26,191 nucleotides of DNA from Candidatus Eiseniibacteriota bacterium (GTDB lineage: Bacteria > Joyebacterota > Joyebacteria > Joyebacterales > Joyebacteraceae), in NCBI GenBank assembly GCA_043819135.1, contig JBDRFG010000113.1:1-26191 (forward strand), read 5' to 3'. The first letter of the stretch is position 1. The number at the start of each line of letters is the position of its first letter. Made by a program: the position numbers and the translations under genes. Below, piece by piece: positions 8,141-16,864 of the stretch. The notes beneath the pieces are model-generated. The model ran no database searches. It was not told the DNA's origin and saw only the letters and a list, made by a program, of their open reading frames with translations.

Positions 8141-9122
8141 CATGAAGAGAGCCTACATCGCGGGCGTGGGGATGTCGGTGCCCGACAAGATAGTGACGAA
8201 CGACGACTTCACGAGAATAGTCGACACGTCCGACGAGTGGATCACCCAGATGACGGGGATCAAGGAGCGACGCTACACCACCGAGAACGAGGCCACGTCC
8301 GATCTGGCGATTCCAGCCTCGAGAGTGGCCCTCGAGCGGGCCGGAGTGAAGGGCTCGGACGTCGACGCGATAATCGTCGCGACGGCGACCCCCGATACGC
8401 CCTTTCCCTCGACCGCGTGTCGCATCCAGGAGGCAATAGGGGCGAAGGACGCCTTCGGGTACGACGTCGCGGCCGCGTGCGCCGGGTTCATCTTCGCGCT
8501 GGCGCAGGCACAGAGCTTCCTGATTAGCGGGATGGCCGAGACCGTGCTTGTCGTGGGCGCGGAGTGTCTGACGAAGATCACCGACTTCACCGACCGCAAC
8601 TCGTGTGTGCTGTTCGGAGATGGCGCCGGTGCGGTGGTGGTCAAGAGCTGCGACCCGCCCAGGGGCATCGTGGACCTCTTCCTTAAGTGTGACGGTACTC
8701 TGGGCGATTACATCATTCAGTACGGGGGCGGGAGCAGACAGCCCGCATCGCACAAGACGGTCGACGAGAGGCTCCACACCATCCAGATGAAGGGCCGGAA
8801 GGTCTACATCAGCGCGTCAAAGGCGATGGCCGACGCGGTCGTGCTCCTCATGGAGCGGCAGGGCCTTACCGGCGACGACCTCGACCTTCTGTTTCCGCAC
8901 CAGGCCAACATCCGCATCATCCAGAGCGTCGCGGAGAAGGCCGGCATACCGATGGAGAAAGTCTTCGTCAACATCCACAAGTACGGGAACACTTCCGCGG
9001 CGTCCGTTCCGATCGCCCTGGCCGAGGCCTACGAGCAAGGGCTTCTCAAGGAAGGCATGCTCATCAGCATGGTCGCCTTCGGGTCGGGGTTCAGCTGGGG
9101 CTCGGCGCTGCTGCGTTGGTAG
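8130..9122 (+). CDS. fabH: 3-oxoacyl-ACP synthase III
   Basis: DTSDEWI..TGIKERR, AACAGF (Cys), LFGDGAGA, PHQANIRII (His), YGNTSAASVP (Asn). The start could also be the ATG at 8142. Confidence 0.96.
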   Translation: MANSMKRAYIAGVGMSVPDKIVTNDDFTRIVDTSDEWITQMTGIKERRYTTENEATSDLAIPASRVALERAGVKGSDVDAIIVATATPDTPFPSTACRIQEAIGAKDAFGYDVAAACAGFIFALAQAQSFLISGMAETVLVVGAECLTKITDFTDRNSCVLFGDGAGAVVVKSCDPPRGIVDLFLKCDGTLGDYIIQYGGGSRQPASHKTVDERLHTIQMKGRKVYISASKAMADAVVLLMERQGLTGDDLDLLFPHQANIRIIQSVAEKAGIPMEKVFVNIHKYGNTSAASVPIALAEAYEQGLLKEGMLISMVAFGSGFSWGSALLRW

Positions 9123-9200
9123 GCCTGTGCGCGCCGTCCGGGCGCCGCTGATGGTGTTGCGCGCGGACCGGCCGAGTACCTCGCGGCAACAAAGGACAGC

Positions 9201-10139
9201 ATGGATCGAATAGCCTTTGTCTTCCCTGGACAGGGATCACAGTCGGTAGGCATGGCTCGTGACCTCTACGAGAACTCTCAGACGGTCCGCGAGATCTACG
9301 AGCGGGCCTCCGAGGCCATCTCGGTCGACATCGCGACGATCTCGTTCGAGGGGCCCGACGAAGAGCTGACCAAGACCATCAACACACAGCCCGCGCTTCT
9401 GACGGCCAGCGCAGCAGCGCTGGCGCTGCTGGAAGAGCGCGACATCGTCCCCTACGCCGTCGCCGGGCACAGCCTGGGAGAGTACAGCGCTCTCCTGGCG
9501 GCGCGAAGCCTGTCTCTCGAGGACGCCGTCCGCGCGGTTCGCGAACGCGGCAGACTGATGTACGAGGCGGGGCTCGAGACGCCCGGGACGATGGCGGCCA
9601 TCGTCGGCCTGACGGAGGACGCGATCGAGCAGATCCTGAAGGAGGCCGGCGCCAAAGGAGTCGTGCAGATCGCCAATCTCAACACTCCGACACAGATCGT
9701 CATCTCCGGCGAGGTGGAAGCCGTCCGGGCCGCCATGGACATCGCGGCGACCACCAACGCCAGACGCGTCGTCGAACTCAACGTCAGCGGAGCGTTCCAT
9801 TCCGAACTCCTCAGGCCGGCAAGTGAGGGGATGGAGAGCGTGCTCAGGGGTGTTCCAATAGCGCCGCCCCGGTGCATCTTCGTGGCCAACGTCACCGGAG
9901 GCGCGCTGGACGATCCGGAGGACATCAGGTCCAGGCTGGTCGAGCAGATAGTGAGTCCGGTCCGCTGGGTGCAGTGCATGAAGGCTCTCGTCAACCGGAA
10001 GACGTCGCTCTGCCTCGAGGTCGGGCCTGGGAACGTCCTGCGGGGGCTCCTGCGCAAGATCGATCCCGAGTTGAGGTCGATGAGCGCGGGCACGATGAGC
10101 GACATCGAGAAGTTGTCGGCCGCGATAGCGACCGGCTGA
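9201..10139 (+). CDS. fabD: malonyl-CoA:ACP transacylase
   Basis: FVFPGQGSQ, TQPALL, GHSLGEY, VSGAFHS, SPVRW, EVGPG. Confidence 0.96.
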   Translation: MDRIAFVFPGQGSQSVGMARDLYENSQTVREIYERASEAISVDIATISFEGPDEELTKTINTQPALLTASAAALALLEERDIVPYAVAGHSLGEYSALLAARSLSLEDAVRAVRERGRLMYEAGLETPGTMAAIVGLTEDAIEQILKEAGAKGVVQIANLNTPTQIVISGEVEAVRAAMDIAATTNARRVVELNVSGAFHSELLRPASEGMESVLRGVPIAPPRCIFVANVTGGALDDPEDIRSRLVEQIVSPVRWVQCMKALVNRKTSLCLEVGPGNVLRGLLRKIDPELRSMSAGTMSDIEKLSAAIATG

Positions 10140-10176
10140 GCGGGGACACTGGGTCAGCGGTTCGGAGGCGTTGACG

Positions 10177-10914
10177 ATGAGGCTCGATAACAAGCGCGCC
10201 GTGGTCACGGGCGCGGGTCGTGGTATCGGCAAGGCGATAGCGAGCAAGCTCGCGTCGCTCGGGGCGGACGTGGCCATCGTGGATATCGACGGCGAGACCG
10301 CCTCGTCGACGGCGGCGGAGATAGCGGCCACCGGCGCCACCGCCATCGGGTACGAATTGGACATCACGGACTCCGATGCGGTGATGGCCGTGTTCAAGAC
10401 GATCATCGAGGACCTGGGAGGTCTCGACATCCTGGTCAACAACGCCGGTCTGACGCGAGACAACCTGCTGCTCCGAATGTCCCCTGACGATTGGGATCTT
10501 GTCATGAAGGTCAATCTCAAGGGCGCATTCAACTGCATTCGCGCGGCCGTCCGGCCGATGATGTCGCAGAGGAGCGGGAGGATCATCAACATAGCCTCGG
10601 TCGTCGGTCAGGTGGGCAACGTGGGTCAGGCGAACTACGCCGCTTCGAAGGCGGGACTTATCGCGCTCACCAAGACGGTCGCGCGTGAGTTCGGAGGACG
10701 CGGCATCACCGCCAATGCCGTCGCGCCCGGCTTCATCGAGACCCCTATGACCGAGGCTCTTCCCGAGAAGGCTCGAGAAGATTTCGCCTCCAGGATTCTA
10801 CTCAGGCGTTTCGGAAGTCCCTCGGATGTCGCGAATCTGGTTGCATTCCTCGCATCCGATGAAGCAGACTACATCACTTGCCAGACGGTCAACGTCGACG
10901 GCGGGATGGCGTAG
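10177..10914 (+). CDS. fabG: 3-oxoacyl-ACP reductase
   Basis: TGAGRGIG, LVNNAGLTRD, NYAASKAG (YxxxK), VAPGFIET; SD GGAGG 8 nt before the ATG at 10177. Confidence 0.95.
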   Translation: MRLDNKRAVVTGAGRGIGKAIASKLASLGADVAIVDIDGETASSTAAEIAATGATAIGYELDITDSDAVMAVFKTIIEDLGGLDILVNNAGLTRDNLLLRMSPDDWDLVMKVNLKGAFNCIRAAVRPMMSQRSGRIINIASVVGQVGNVGQANYAASKAGLIALTKTVAREFGGRGITANAVAPGFIETPMTEALPEKAREDFASRILLRRFGSPSDVANLVAFLASDEADYITCQTVNVDGGMA

Positions 10915-10978
10915 AGGAGAGAATCACCGAACAGGCGTGGACCCTGCGGGGTCCCGTACGTCAGGGGGTATGAGAAGC

Positions 10979-11224
10979 ATGGCGGACATTGCAGAGAAGG
11001 TGCGACAGGTCATATCGGAAAAGCTGCAGATAGACGCCGGTCAGGTGACGATGGAAGCGGCGATCGTCGAGGATCTCGGAGCCGATTCGCTCGAGCAGGC
11101 CGACATCCTCTTTTCTCTCGAGGACGAGTTCGGCATCACGGCCGACGACACGGACGAAGCGGAGGGGCTCAGGACCGTCGCTGATATCGTGAGCTACCTC
11201 GAGAAGAAGGTGGCTGCAGCCTAG
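10979..11224 (+). CDS. acpP: acyl carrier protein
   Basis: 81-aa acidic protein with the DLGADSL phosphopantetheine site, located between fabG and fabF. Alternative ATG at 10970. Confidence 0.93.
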   Translation: MADIAEKVRQVISEKLQIDAGQVTMEAAIVEDLGADSLEQADILFSLEDEFGITADDTDEAEGLRTVADIVSYLEKKVAAA

Positions 11225-11242
11225 AGAGACCCGTTTCCGGAT

Positions 11243-11292
11243 GGAGCGGCCGCGGCTCCGCGGTGAGAGGCAGAGCCGCGGCAGGTCGCTCC
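11243..11292 (+). other. long GC-rich stem-loop between acpP and fabF
   Basis: GGAGCG/CGCTCC (11243-11248/11287-11292) and GCCGCGGCTC/GAGCCGCGGC (11249-11258/11273-11282) with a 4-nt bulge. Confidence 0.55.
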
Positions 11293-11391
11293 GACCGTGC
11301 GTGGGCTACGAATCGTGGTCTGCAGGCGGGCCGGCGGGGGTGGTCGCGGGGCGAAGTCAGTCGCGCCGCGGCGAGGATCGGAAGGAGCGGT

Positions 11392-12633
11392 ATGTCGAGA
11401 AGAGTGGTTATCACGGGCATGGGCGCTGTGACTCCTCTGGGTCTGACGGTCCAGGAGAGCTGGGAGTCAATTCTTGCCGGGAAGAGCGGTGCGGGAGAGA
11501 TCACACGCTTCGATGCATCGGCCTTCCCAGTGCGGATAGCGTGCGAGCTTCCGGGGTTCGATGTCGAGGTGTTCATCGACAAGCGCGAAGCCCGCAAGAT
11601 GGACCCGTGCACTCACTACGGCATGGCCGCTTCACTGATGGCCTGGAAGGACGCAGGATTCGAGGACGGCGGGTACGACGCGAACCGTGCGGGCGTGCTC
11701 ATCGGTTCGGGGGTAGGTGGCATTCAGACGTTCGAGACGCAGCACACCGTTCTCATGGAGAAGGGGCCCCGCAGGATCAGCCCGTTCTTCATCCCGATGA
11801 TGATAGCGGACATGCCATCGGGCGCGGTGTCGATCGAATTGGGGCTCAAGGGACCCAACTTCGCCACGGTTTCGGCGTGCGCGTCCGGAGCACACGCCAT
11901 CGGTGTTGCGTTTCAGACCGTGCGTCGGGGAGACGCTGACATCATGGTCACCGGCGGAGCGGAAGCCGCTATCTGTCAGATGGCCGTGGGTGGGTTCGCC
12001 AACATGAAGGCCATCTCGGCGAGAAACGAAGAGCCGACTCTCGCGTCGCGACCGTTCGACGCCGGACGGGACGGTTTTGTTCTTGGCGAGGGCGCGGGCA
12101 TAGTCGTGCTGGAGGAACTCGAGCACGCCAGGGCCCGCGGGGCGCACATCGTGGCCGAGGTCGCGGGTTTTGGGGCGACCTCGGATGCGTTTCACATCAC
12201 GGCGCCGGCTCCAGATGCGGAAGGCGCCGCGAGGGCGATGAAGGAGGCCCTGCGTGACGCGGGACTCAACCCTGGCGACGTCGGCTACGTCAACGCGCAC
12301 GGAACGTCCACGCTCCTGAACGACAAGTACGAGACCGCAGCGGTGAAGACCGTGTTCGGCGGGCACGCGCGGCAGCTGGCTATGTCTTCGACCAAGTCGA
12401 TGACGGGTCACCTGCTCGGCGCGGCCGGTGGCGTCGAACTGATCTTCACGGCTCTCGCGCTCGAGTCCGAGGCTCTACCTCCGACGATCAACTACTACAC
12501 GCCCGATCCGGAGTGTGACCTCGACTATGTCCCCAACCAGGCCAGGGAGGCAAAGGTGACCGCCGCGCTGTCGAATTCCTTCTGGTTCGGTGGGCACAAC
12601 GCCGTGCTAGCCGTGCGGAAATTCGACGGCTAG
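11392..12633 (+). CDS. fabF: 3-oxoacyl-ACP synthase II
   Basis: MSRRVVITGMG after SD AAGGAG; SACASG (Cys), SRPFD..RDGFVLGEGAG, VNAHGTST (His), KSMTGHLLGAAG (His); C-terminal SNSFWFGGHN. Confidence 0.96.
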   Translation: MSRRVVITGMGAVTPLGLTVQESWESILAGKSGAGEITRFDASAFPVRIACELPGFDVEVFIDKREARKMDPCTHYGMAASLMAWKDAGFEDGGYDANRAGVLIGSGVGGIQTFETQHTVLMEKGPRRISPFFIPMMIADMPSGAVSIELGLKGPNFATVSACASGAHAIGVAFQTVRRGDADIMVTGGAEAAICQMAVGGFANMKAISARNEEPTLASRPFDAGRDGFVLGEGAGIVVLEELEHARARGAHIVAEVAGFGATSDAFHITAPAPDAEGAARAMKEALRDAGLNPGDVGYVNAHGTSTLLNDKYETAAVKTVFGGHARQLAMSSTKSMTGHLLGAAGGVELIFTALALESEALPPTINYYTPDPECDLDYVPNQAREAKVTAALSNSFWFGGHNAVLAVRKFDG

Positions 12634-12648
12634 CGGCGAGCCGCACCC

Positions 12649-13503
12649 ATGGCCATGGTCAATAGATTACTCAACCGTATCGCGATCTTCAAAGGTCGGT
12701 CGGCCGGGATCACGAAGGAGCGCCATGAGGCTCTCGTGAAGCTCTGCCGCGTCCTGGGCGTCAGCTTCGGCGACCTGAATCTCCTCAATCAGGCGTTGAT
12801 GCACCGCTCGTACGTGCACGATGTCGACATGCAGCGCGGAGAGTCCAACGAGCGGATGGAGTTTCTGGGCGACGCCGTCCTCGGACTCCTGGTCAACGAA
12901 CACCTCTACGCGAGGTTCACCGAGCGTCAGGAGGGCAGGCTCACCAAGATAAAGTCGCTCGTCGTCAGTGAGACTGTCCTGGCGAGAAGGGCCGAGGAGC
13001 TTTCGCTTGGGACCTACATCCGCCTCTCCGACAACGAGCGTTCGTCGGGCGGAGCGGGCCGGGCGTCGATCCTGTCGGACGCGTTCGAGGCGGTGATCGG
13101 TGCCGTCTACCTGGACGGCGGCCTTCCCGCTGCGAGGAAGTTCATCGAGTGCCACCTTCTGGACGGCATGGACAAGATCCTCGCGATAGACGAATACAAG
13201 AACTACAAGAGCATCATGCAGGAACACGCCCAGCGCAAACTGGGCTCGCGACCGCGCTACCGCGTGGTCTCCGCGAAAGGTCCGGAACACGAGCGGACTT
13301 TCTACGTGGAGGTGAGACTGGGCGGGAGAGCGCTCGGGCGCGGAGAAGGAAAGAACAAGAAGGAAGCCGAGCAGGTGGCGGCGCGTAACGCGCTCGCCAA
13401 GCTCGGAGTCATCAAGGTGAAGAACAGCACCCGGACCGGCAGGACCGGATCCTCGAAAGGTCGTCGTCGGCCGCGCCGGCGCCGGAAGGAGCAGTCGCCA
13501 TGA
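12649..13503 (+). CDS. rnc: ribonuclease III
   Basis: ALMHRSY, SNERMEFLGDAVL signature, SDAFEAVIGAVYLDGG, dsRBD NYKS..QE...GPEH...GEGKNKKEAEQ.AA. Confidence 0.96.
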   Translation: MAMVNRLLNRIAIFKGRSAGITKERHEALVKLCRVLGVSFGDLNLLNQALMHRSYVHDVDMQRGESNERMEFLGDAVLGLLVNEHLYARFTERQEGRLTKIKSLVVSETVLARRAEELSLGTYIRLSDNERSSGGAGRASILSDAFEAVIGAVYLDGGLPAARKFIECHLLDGMDKILAIDEYKNYKSIMQEHAQRKLGSRPRYRVVSAKGPEHERTFYVEVRLGGRALGRGEGKNKKEAEQVAARNALAKLGVIKVKNSTRTGRTGSSKGRRRPRRRRKEQSP

Positions 13504-14666
13504 GCTACTTCCTCACAGAAGAACAGGAGATGCTGAAAGAACTCTGCGCTCAAATTGCGCGGGAGAAGATTCTCCCGGTTAGGGCGAAATACGACGAAAG
13601 CGGAGAGTTCCCCTGGGACGTCGTCAAGGTGATGGCAGCGTCCGACATCTACGGCGTCTACATTCCCGAGGAGTACGGCGGCTTCGGCGGTGGAGTGATG
13701 GAGATGTGCATTGCCACCGAGGAGCTCTCGAAGGTCTGCGGCGGCATCGCGCTCGCTTTCGCCGCATCCGCACTGGGTGCATACCCGATACTGCTGTTCG
13801 GGTCCGACGAACAGAAGAAGAAGTATCTCCCGGCGATAGCGGCGGGGGAGAAGCTCGCCGCGTTCGGGCTGACCGAGGCGAACGCCGGAAGTGACGCAGG
13901 CGCCATCGAGACGCGCGCGGAGCTTGACGGTGACGAGTACGTGCTGAACGGCACGAAGCAGTGGATCACCAACGGCGGCGAGGCCGAGACATACACGGTC
14001 GTCGTGCGCACGAGCAAGGGCACCGGGATCCGCGGCATGTCCTGCCTCATCGTCGAGAAGGACACGCCGGGGTTCACGTTCGGGAAGAAGGAAGACAAGA
14101 TGGGCATCCGTGGCTCGGCGACACGCGAGCTCGTCTTCCAGGACTGCAGGGTCCCGAAGAAGAACCTCCTGGGGCGCGAGGGCACCGGATTCGTCGTGGC
14201 GATGCGGACTTTCGACAAGTCCAGGCCGGGCGTGGCCGCTCAGGCAGTCGGAATCGCGCAGGGCGCGTTCGATGAGGCCGCCAAGTACGCGAGGCAGCGA
14301 GAGCAGTTCGGCCAGCCCATCGGCTCGTTCCAGGGCATCCAGTTCATGCTGGCCGACATGGCGACCCAGATCGAGGCGGCCCGGGCGCTGGTCTACCACT
14401 CCGCGCGCGTCGTCGACTCCGGAGCCAAGGATATCGCGAAGCTCTCGGCGATGGCCAAGGTCTTCGCGTCGGACGTCGCGATGCAGGTGACGACGGACGC
14501 CGTGCAGATCCTCGGCGGCTACGGGTACATGAAAGAGTATCCCGTCGAGAAGATGATGAGGGACGCGAAGATAACCCAGATCTACGAGGGCACGAACCAG
14601 ATCCAGCGCTCGATCATCGCTTCCGCCGTCCTCAAGGAGAGCGCGGCGAAAGAGAGGAGCGAGTAG
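13500..14666 (+). CDS. acyl-CoA dehydrogenase (butyryl-CoA dehydrogenase / short-branched-chain type)
   Basis: FGLTEANAGSDA, LNGTKQWITNG, KMGIRGS, REQFGQPI, LGGYGY, RDAKITQIYEGTNQIQR (catalytic Glu). ATGA overlap with the rnc stop. Confidence 0.94.
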   Translation: MSYFLTEEQEMLKELCAQIAREKILPVRAKYDESGEFPWDVVKVMAASDIYGVYIPEEYGGFGGGVMEMCIATEELSKVCGGIALAFAASALGAYPILLFGSDEQKKKYLPAIAAGEKLAAFGLTEANAGSDAGAIETRAELDGDEYVLNGTKQWITNGGEAETYTVVVRTSKGTGIRGMSCLIVEKDTPGFTFGKKEDKMGIRGSATRELVFQDCRVPKKNLLGREGTGFVVAMRTFDKSRPGVAAQAVGIAQGAFDEAAKYARQREQFGQPIGSFQGIQFMLADMATQIEAARALVYHSARVVDSGAKDIAKLSAMAKVFASDVAMQVTTDAVQILGGYGYMKEYPVEKMMRDAKITQIYEGTNQIQRSIIASAVLKESAAKERSE

Positions 14667-14718
14667 CCCTTCGGCTCGCGCCGGTGGGCGGCCGGGTTTC
14701 ACCGACGAGGTTAGACCA

Positions 14719-15513
14719 GTGAACGTAGTCGTACTCATGAAGCAGGTGCCCGATACCACGGACGTGCGGATAGACCGTGAGACCAACACGCTGATCCGTG
14801 AGGGCGTGCCCAGCATCATCAATCCGTTCGACGTCTACGCCCTCGAGGAGGCACTGAGGATTCGTGAGGGTGCAGGGGAAGGAACGGTCACCGTGATGTC
14901 CATGGGGCCGCCGCAGGTGGAGGTCGCGCTCAGAGAGGCCATCGCGCTGGGCGCCGACGACGCGGTGCTCCTGTCCGACAGGGCGTTCGCGGGCTCGGAC
15001 ACGTGGTCGACGTCCTACACGCTGGCGGCGGGGCTGAGGAAGCTCGGGAACTACGATCTCATCCTCTGTGGCAAGCAGGCGATCGACGGCGACACCGCGC
15101 AGGTCGGTCCGGGCGTCGCGCAGTTTCTCGGCATTCCCCAGGTGACCTACGCCCGCAAGCTCACCATCGAGGGTAAGTCCGCCGCCACCGTCGAGCGAAT
15201 GCTGGAGGATGGCCACGACGTCGTCAAGGTGCCTCTGCCTGCGGTGGTCACGGTGGTCAAGGAGATCAACGAGCCGCGCCTGCCGTCGCTCAAGGGCAAG
15301 ATGAGGGCGAAGAAGGCCGAGATCACGGTGTGGGGCTCGGGCGACCTCGATGTCGACCCGAAGGAACTCGGGCTGGACGGCTCGCCGACGCGCGTCCTCA
15401 GGGTGTTCGCTCCCGAGGCCAGAGAGGGCGGCATCGTCTTCGAGGGCGAAGTGGGAGAGACGGTTGAGTCGCTCGTCAAGGAACTCTTGCCGATCCTCAA
15501 GGGAGAGTGCTAG
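14719..15513 (+). CDS. etfB: electron transfer flavoprotein beta subunit
   Basis: KQVPDT, INPFD..ALE.A, SMGPP, DRAFAGSDT, GKQAIDGDTAQVGP, NEPRLPS, GLDGSPTRV; GTG start after GAGG. Confidence 0.95.
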   Translation: MNVVVLMKQVPDTTDVRIDRETNTLIREGVPSIINPFDVYALEEALRIREGAGEGTVTVMSMGPPQVEVALREAIALGADDAVLLSDRAFAGSDTWSTSYTLAAGLRKLGNYDLILCGKQAIDGDTAQVGPGVAQFLGIPQVTYARKLTIEGKSAATVERMLEDGHDVVKVPLPAVVTVVKEINEPRLPSLKGKMRAKKAEITVWGSGDLDVDPKELGLDGSPTRVLRVFAPEAREGGIVFEGEVGETVESLVKELLPILKGEC

Positions 15514-15592
15514 CCCGGGCGGGTCCCGGTCCCCGGGGACGTCGGTCGTCTCGGGTGGTTCCCGGCCGCAGCATTCGCAGGAGACGTAACAC

Positions 15593-16786
15593 GTGAGCAG
15601 CATAGAGGTACTCGAGGAACGCTGTGTGGGATGCGGGCTGTGCGTCAAGGCCTGCTTCTACGACGCGATCGAGATGGTCGACGGCGTCGCCGTCATAAAG
15701 GACAACTGCACGCTCTGCGGCGCGTGCGTGGATCCATGCAAGTTCGACGCGATCATTCTGCGCGAGTTCCACCGTGAGACCGCCCCCCTGGACGACTACA
15801 AGGGTGTGTGGGTGGTCGCGGAGCAGCGAGCGGGGGAGATCCACGGAGTGTCCTTCGAACTTCTGGGGAGGGGGCGCGAGCTGGCGGACACCCGCGGAGC
15901 GCCTCTGGCGGCGGTCCTCCTCGGTTCGAACGTCGGCGACGCCGGCAAAGACCTCATCGCGGCCGGCGCGGACATCGTCTACGTCGTGGACGACCCCGAA
16001 CTCCTGCACTACCGTGACGAACCGTACGCGAACGCGGTGGCGGCGCTCATCAAGAAGTACAAGCCTGAGATAGTCCTTACGGGTGCCACGTCCGTCGGCA
16101 GGTCGCTGATCCCCAGAGTCGCTATCCAGGTGCGAACCGGGCTGACCGCGGACTGCACCGCTCTCGACATCGACGACGAAGAGGGCGTGCTCCTCCAGAC
16201 TCGTCCCGCCTTTGGCGGCAACATCATGGCCACGATCGTATGTCCCAATCACAGGCCGCAGATGGCCACGGTCAGGCACAAGGTGATGACGGCGCTGGAT
16301 CCGGATCCCGGCCGGAAGGGGGAGATCGTGTCTGAGCAGCTGCCGGCCGAGCTCTTCATCACCGGCACCGAGTTCGTGGAGTTCGTGAAGGACCTGACGT
16401 CCACGGTCAACATCGCCGAGGCCGACATCATCGTCTCCGGCGGCCGCGGCCTGGGCGGCCCCGAGAACTTCGAGATGCTCAATGGTCTGGCCGGCGTCCT
16501 TGGTGGGGCGGTCGGCGCCTCGCGAGCCGCCGTCGACGCGGGATGGATCCCGTATTCGCATCAAGTGGGGCAGACAGGCAAGACCGTCCAGCCCAATCTG
16601 TACTTCGCGTGTGGGATCTCGGGTGCGGTCCAGCACCTGGCGGGCATGCAGTCGTCCAGGACCATTGTGGCGATCAACAAGGACCCCGACGCGCCGATCT
16701 TCAAGGTGGCGACCTACGGCATCGTGGGTGACGTGTTCGAGATAGTGCCCGCGCTGGCAAAGAGACTCGCGGCCGAGTTCTCCTGA
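15593..16786 (+). CDS. etfA: electron transfer flavoprotein alpha subunit with N-terminal 2x[4Fe-4S] ferredoxin domain
   Basis: [11 protein letters not shown] and [11 protein letters not shown], then [65 protein letters not shown]. Confidence 0.95.
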   Translation: MSSIEVLEERCVGCGLCVKACFYDAIEMVDGVAVIKDNCTLCGACVDPCKFDAIILREFHRETAPLDDYKGVWVVAEQRAGEIHGVSFELLGRGRELADTRGAPLAAVLLGSNVGDAGKDLIAAGADIVYVVDDPELLHYRDEPYANAVAALIKKYKPEIVLTGATSVGRSLIPRVAIQVRTGLTADCTALDIDDEEGVLLQTRPAFGGNIMATIVCPNHRPQMATVRHKVMTALDPDPGRKGEIVSEQLPAELFITGTEFVEFVKDLTSTVNIAEADIIVSGGRGLGGPENFEMLNGLAGVLGGAVGASRAAVDAGWIPYSHQVGQTGKTVQPNLYFACGISGAVQHLAGMQSSRTIVAINKDPDAPIFKVATYGIVGDVFEIVPALAKRLAAEFS

Positions 16787-16819
16787 CGGCGGCGAGTGCA
16801 CGAAGGCTTTCCGCTGTTC

Positions 16820-16852
16820 CCCCGACGGCGCGCCTGCCGGCGGGGTTTCTTT
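16820..16852 (+). terminator. probable intrinsic terminator after etfA
   Basis: CCCCG-A-CGGC...GCCG-G-CGGGG stem followed by TTTCTTT, between convergent genes. Confidence 0.55.
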
Positions 16853-16864
16853 CCTGGGTGAACG

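Noticed and set aside
7130..12633. Secondary-metabolite (type II PKS) cluster
   Set aside because: Gene order with rpmF, plsX and rnc is the canonical primary fatty-acid synthesis locus; no chain-length factor, cyclase or tailoring genes.
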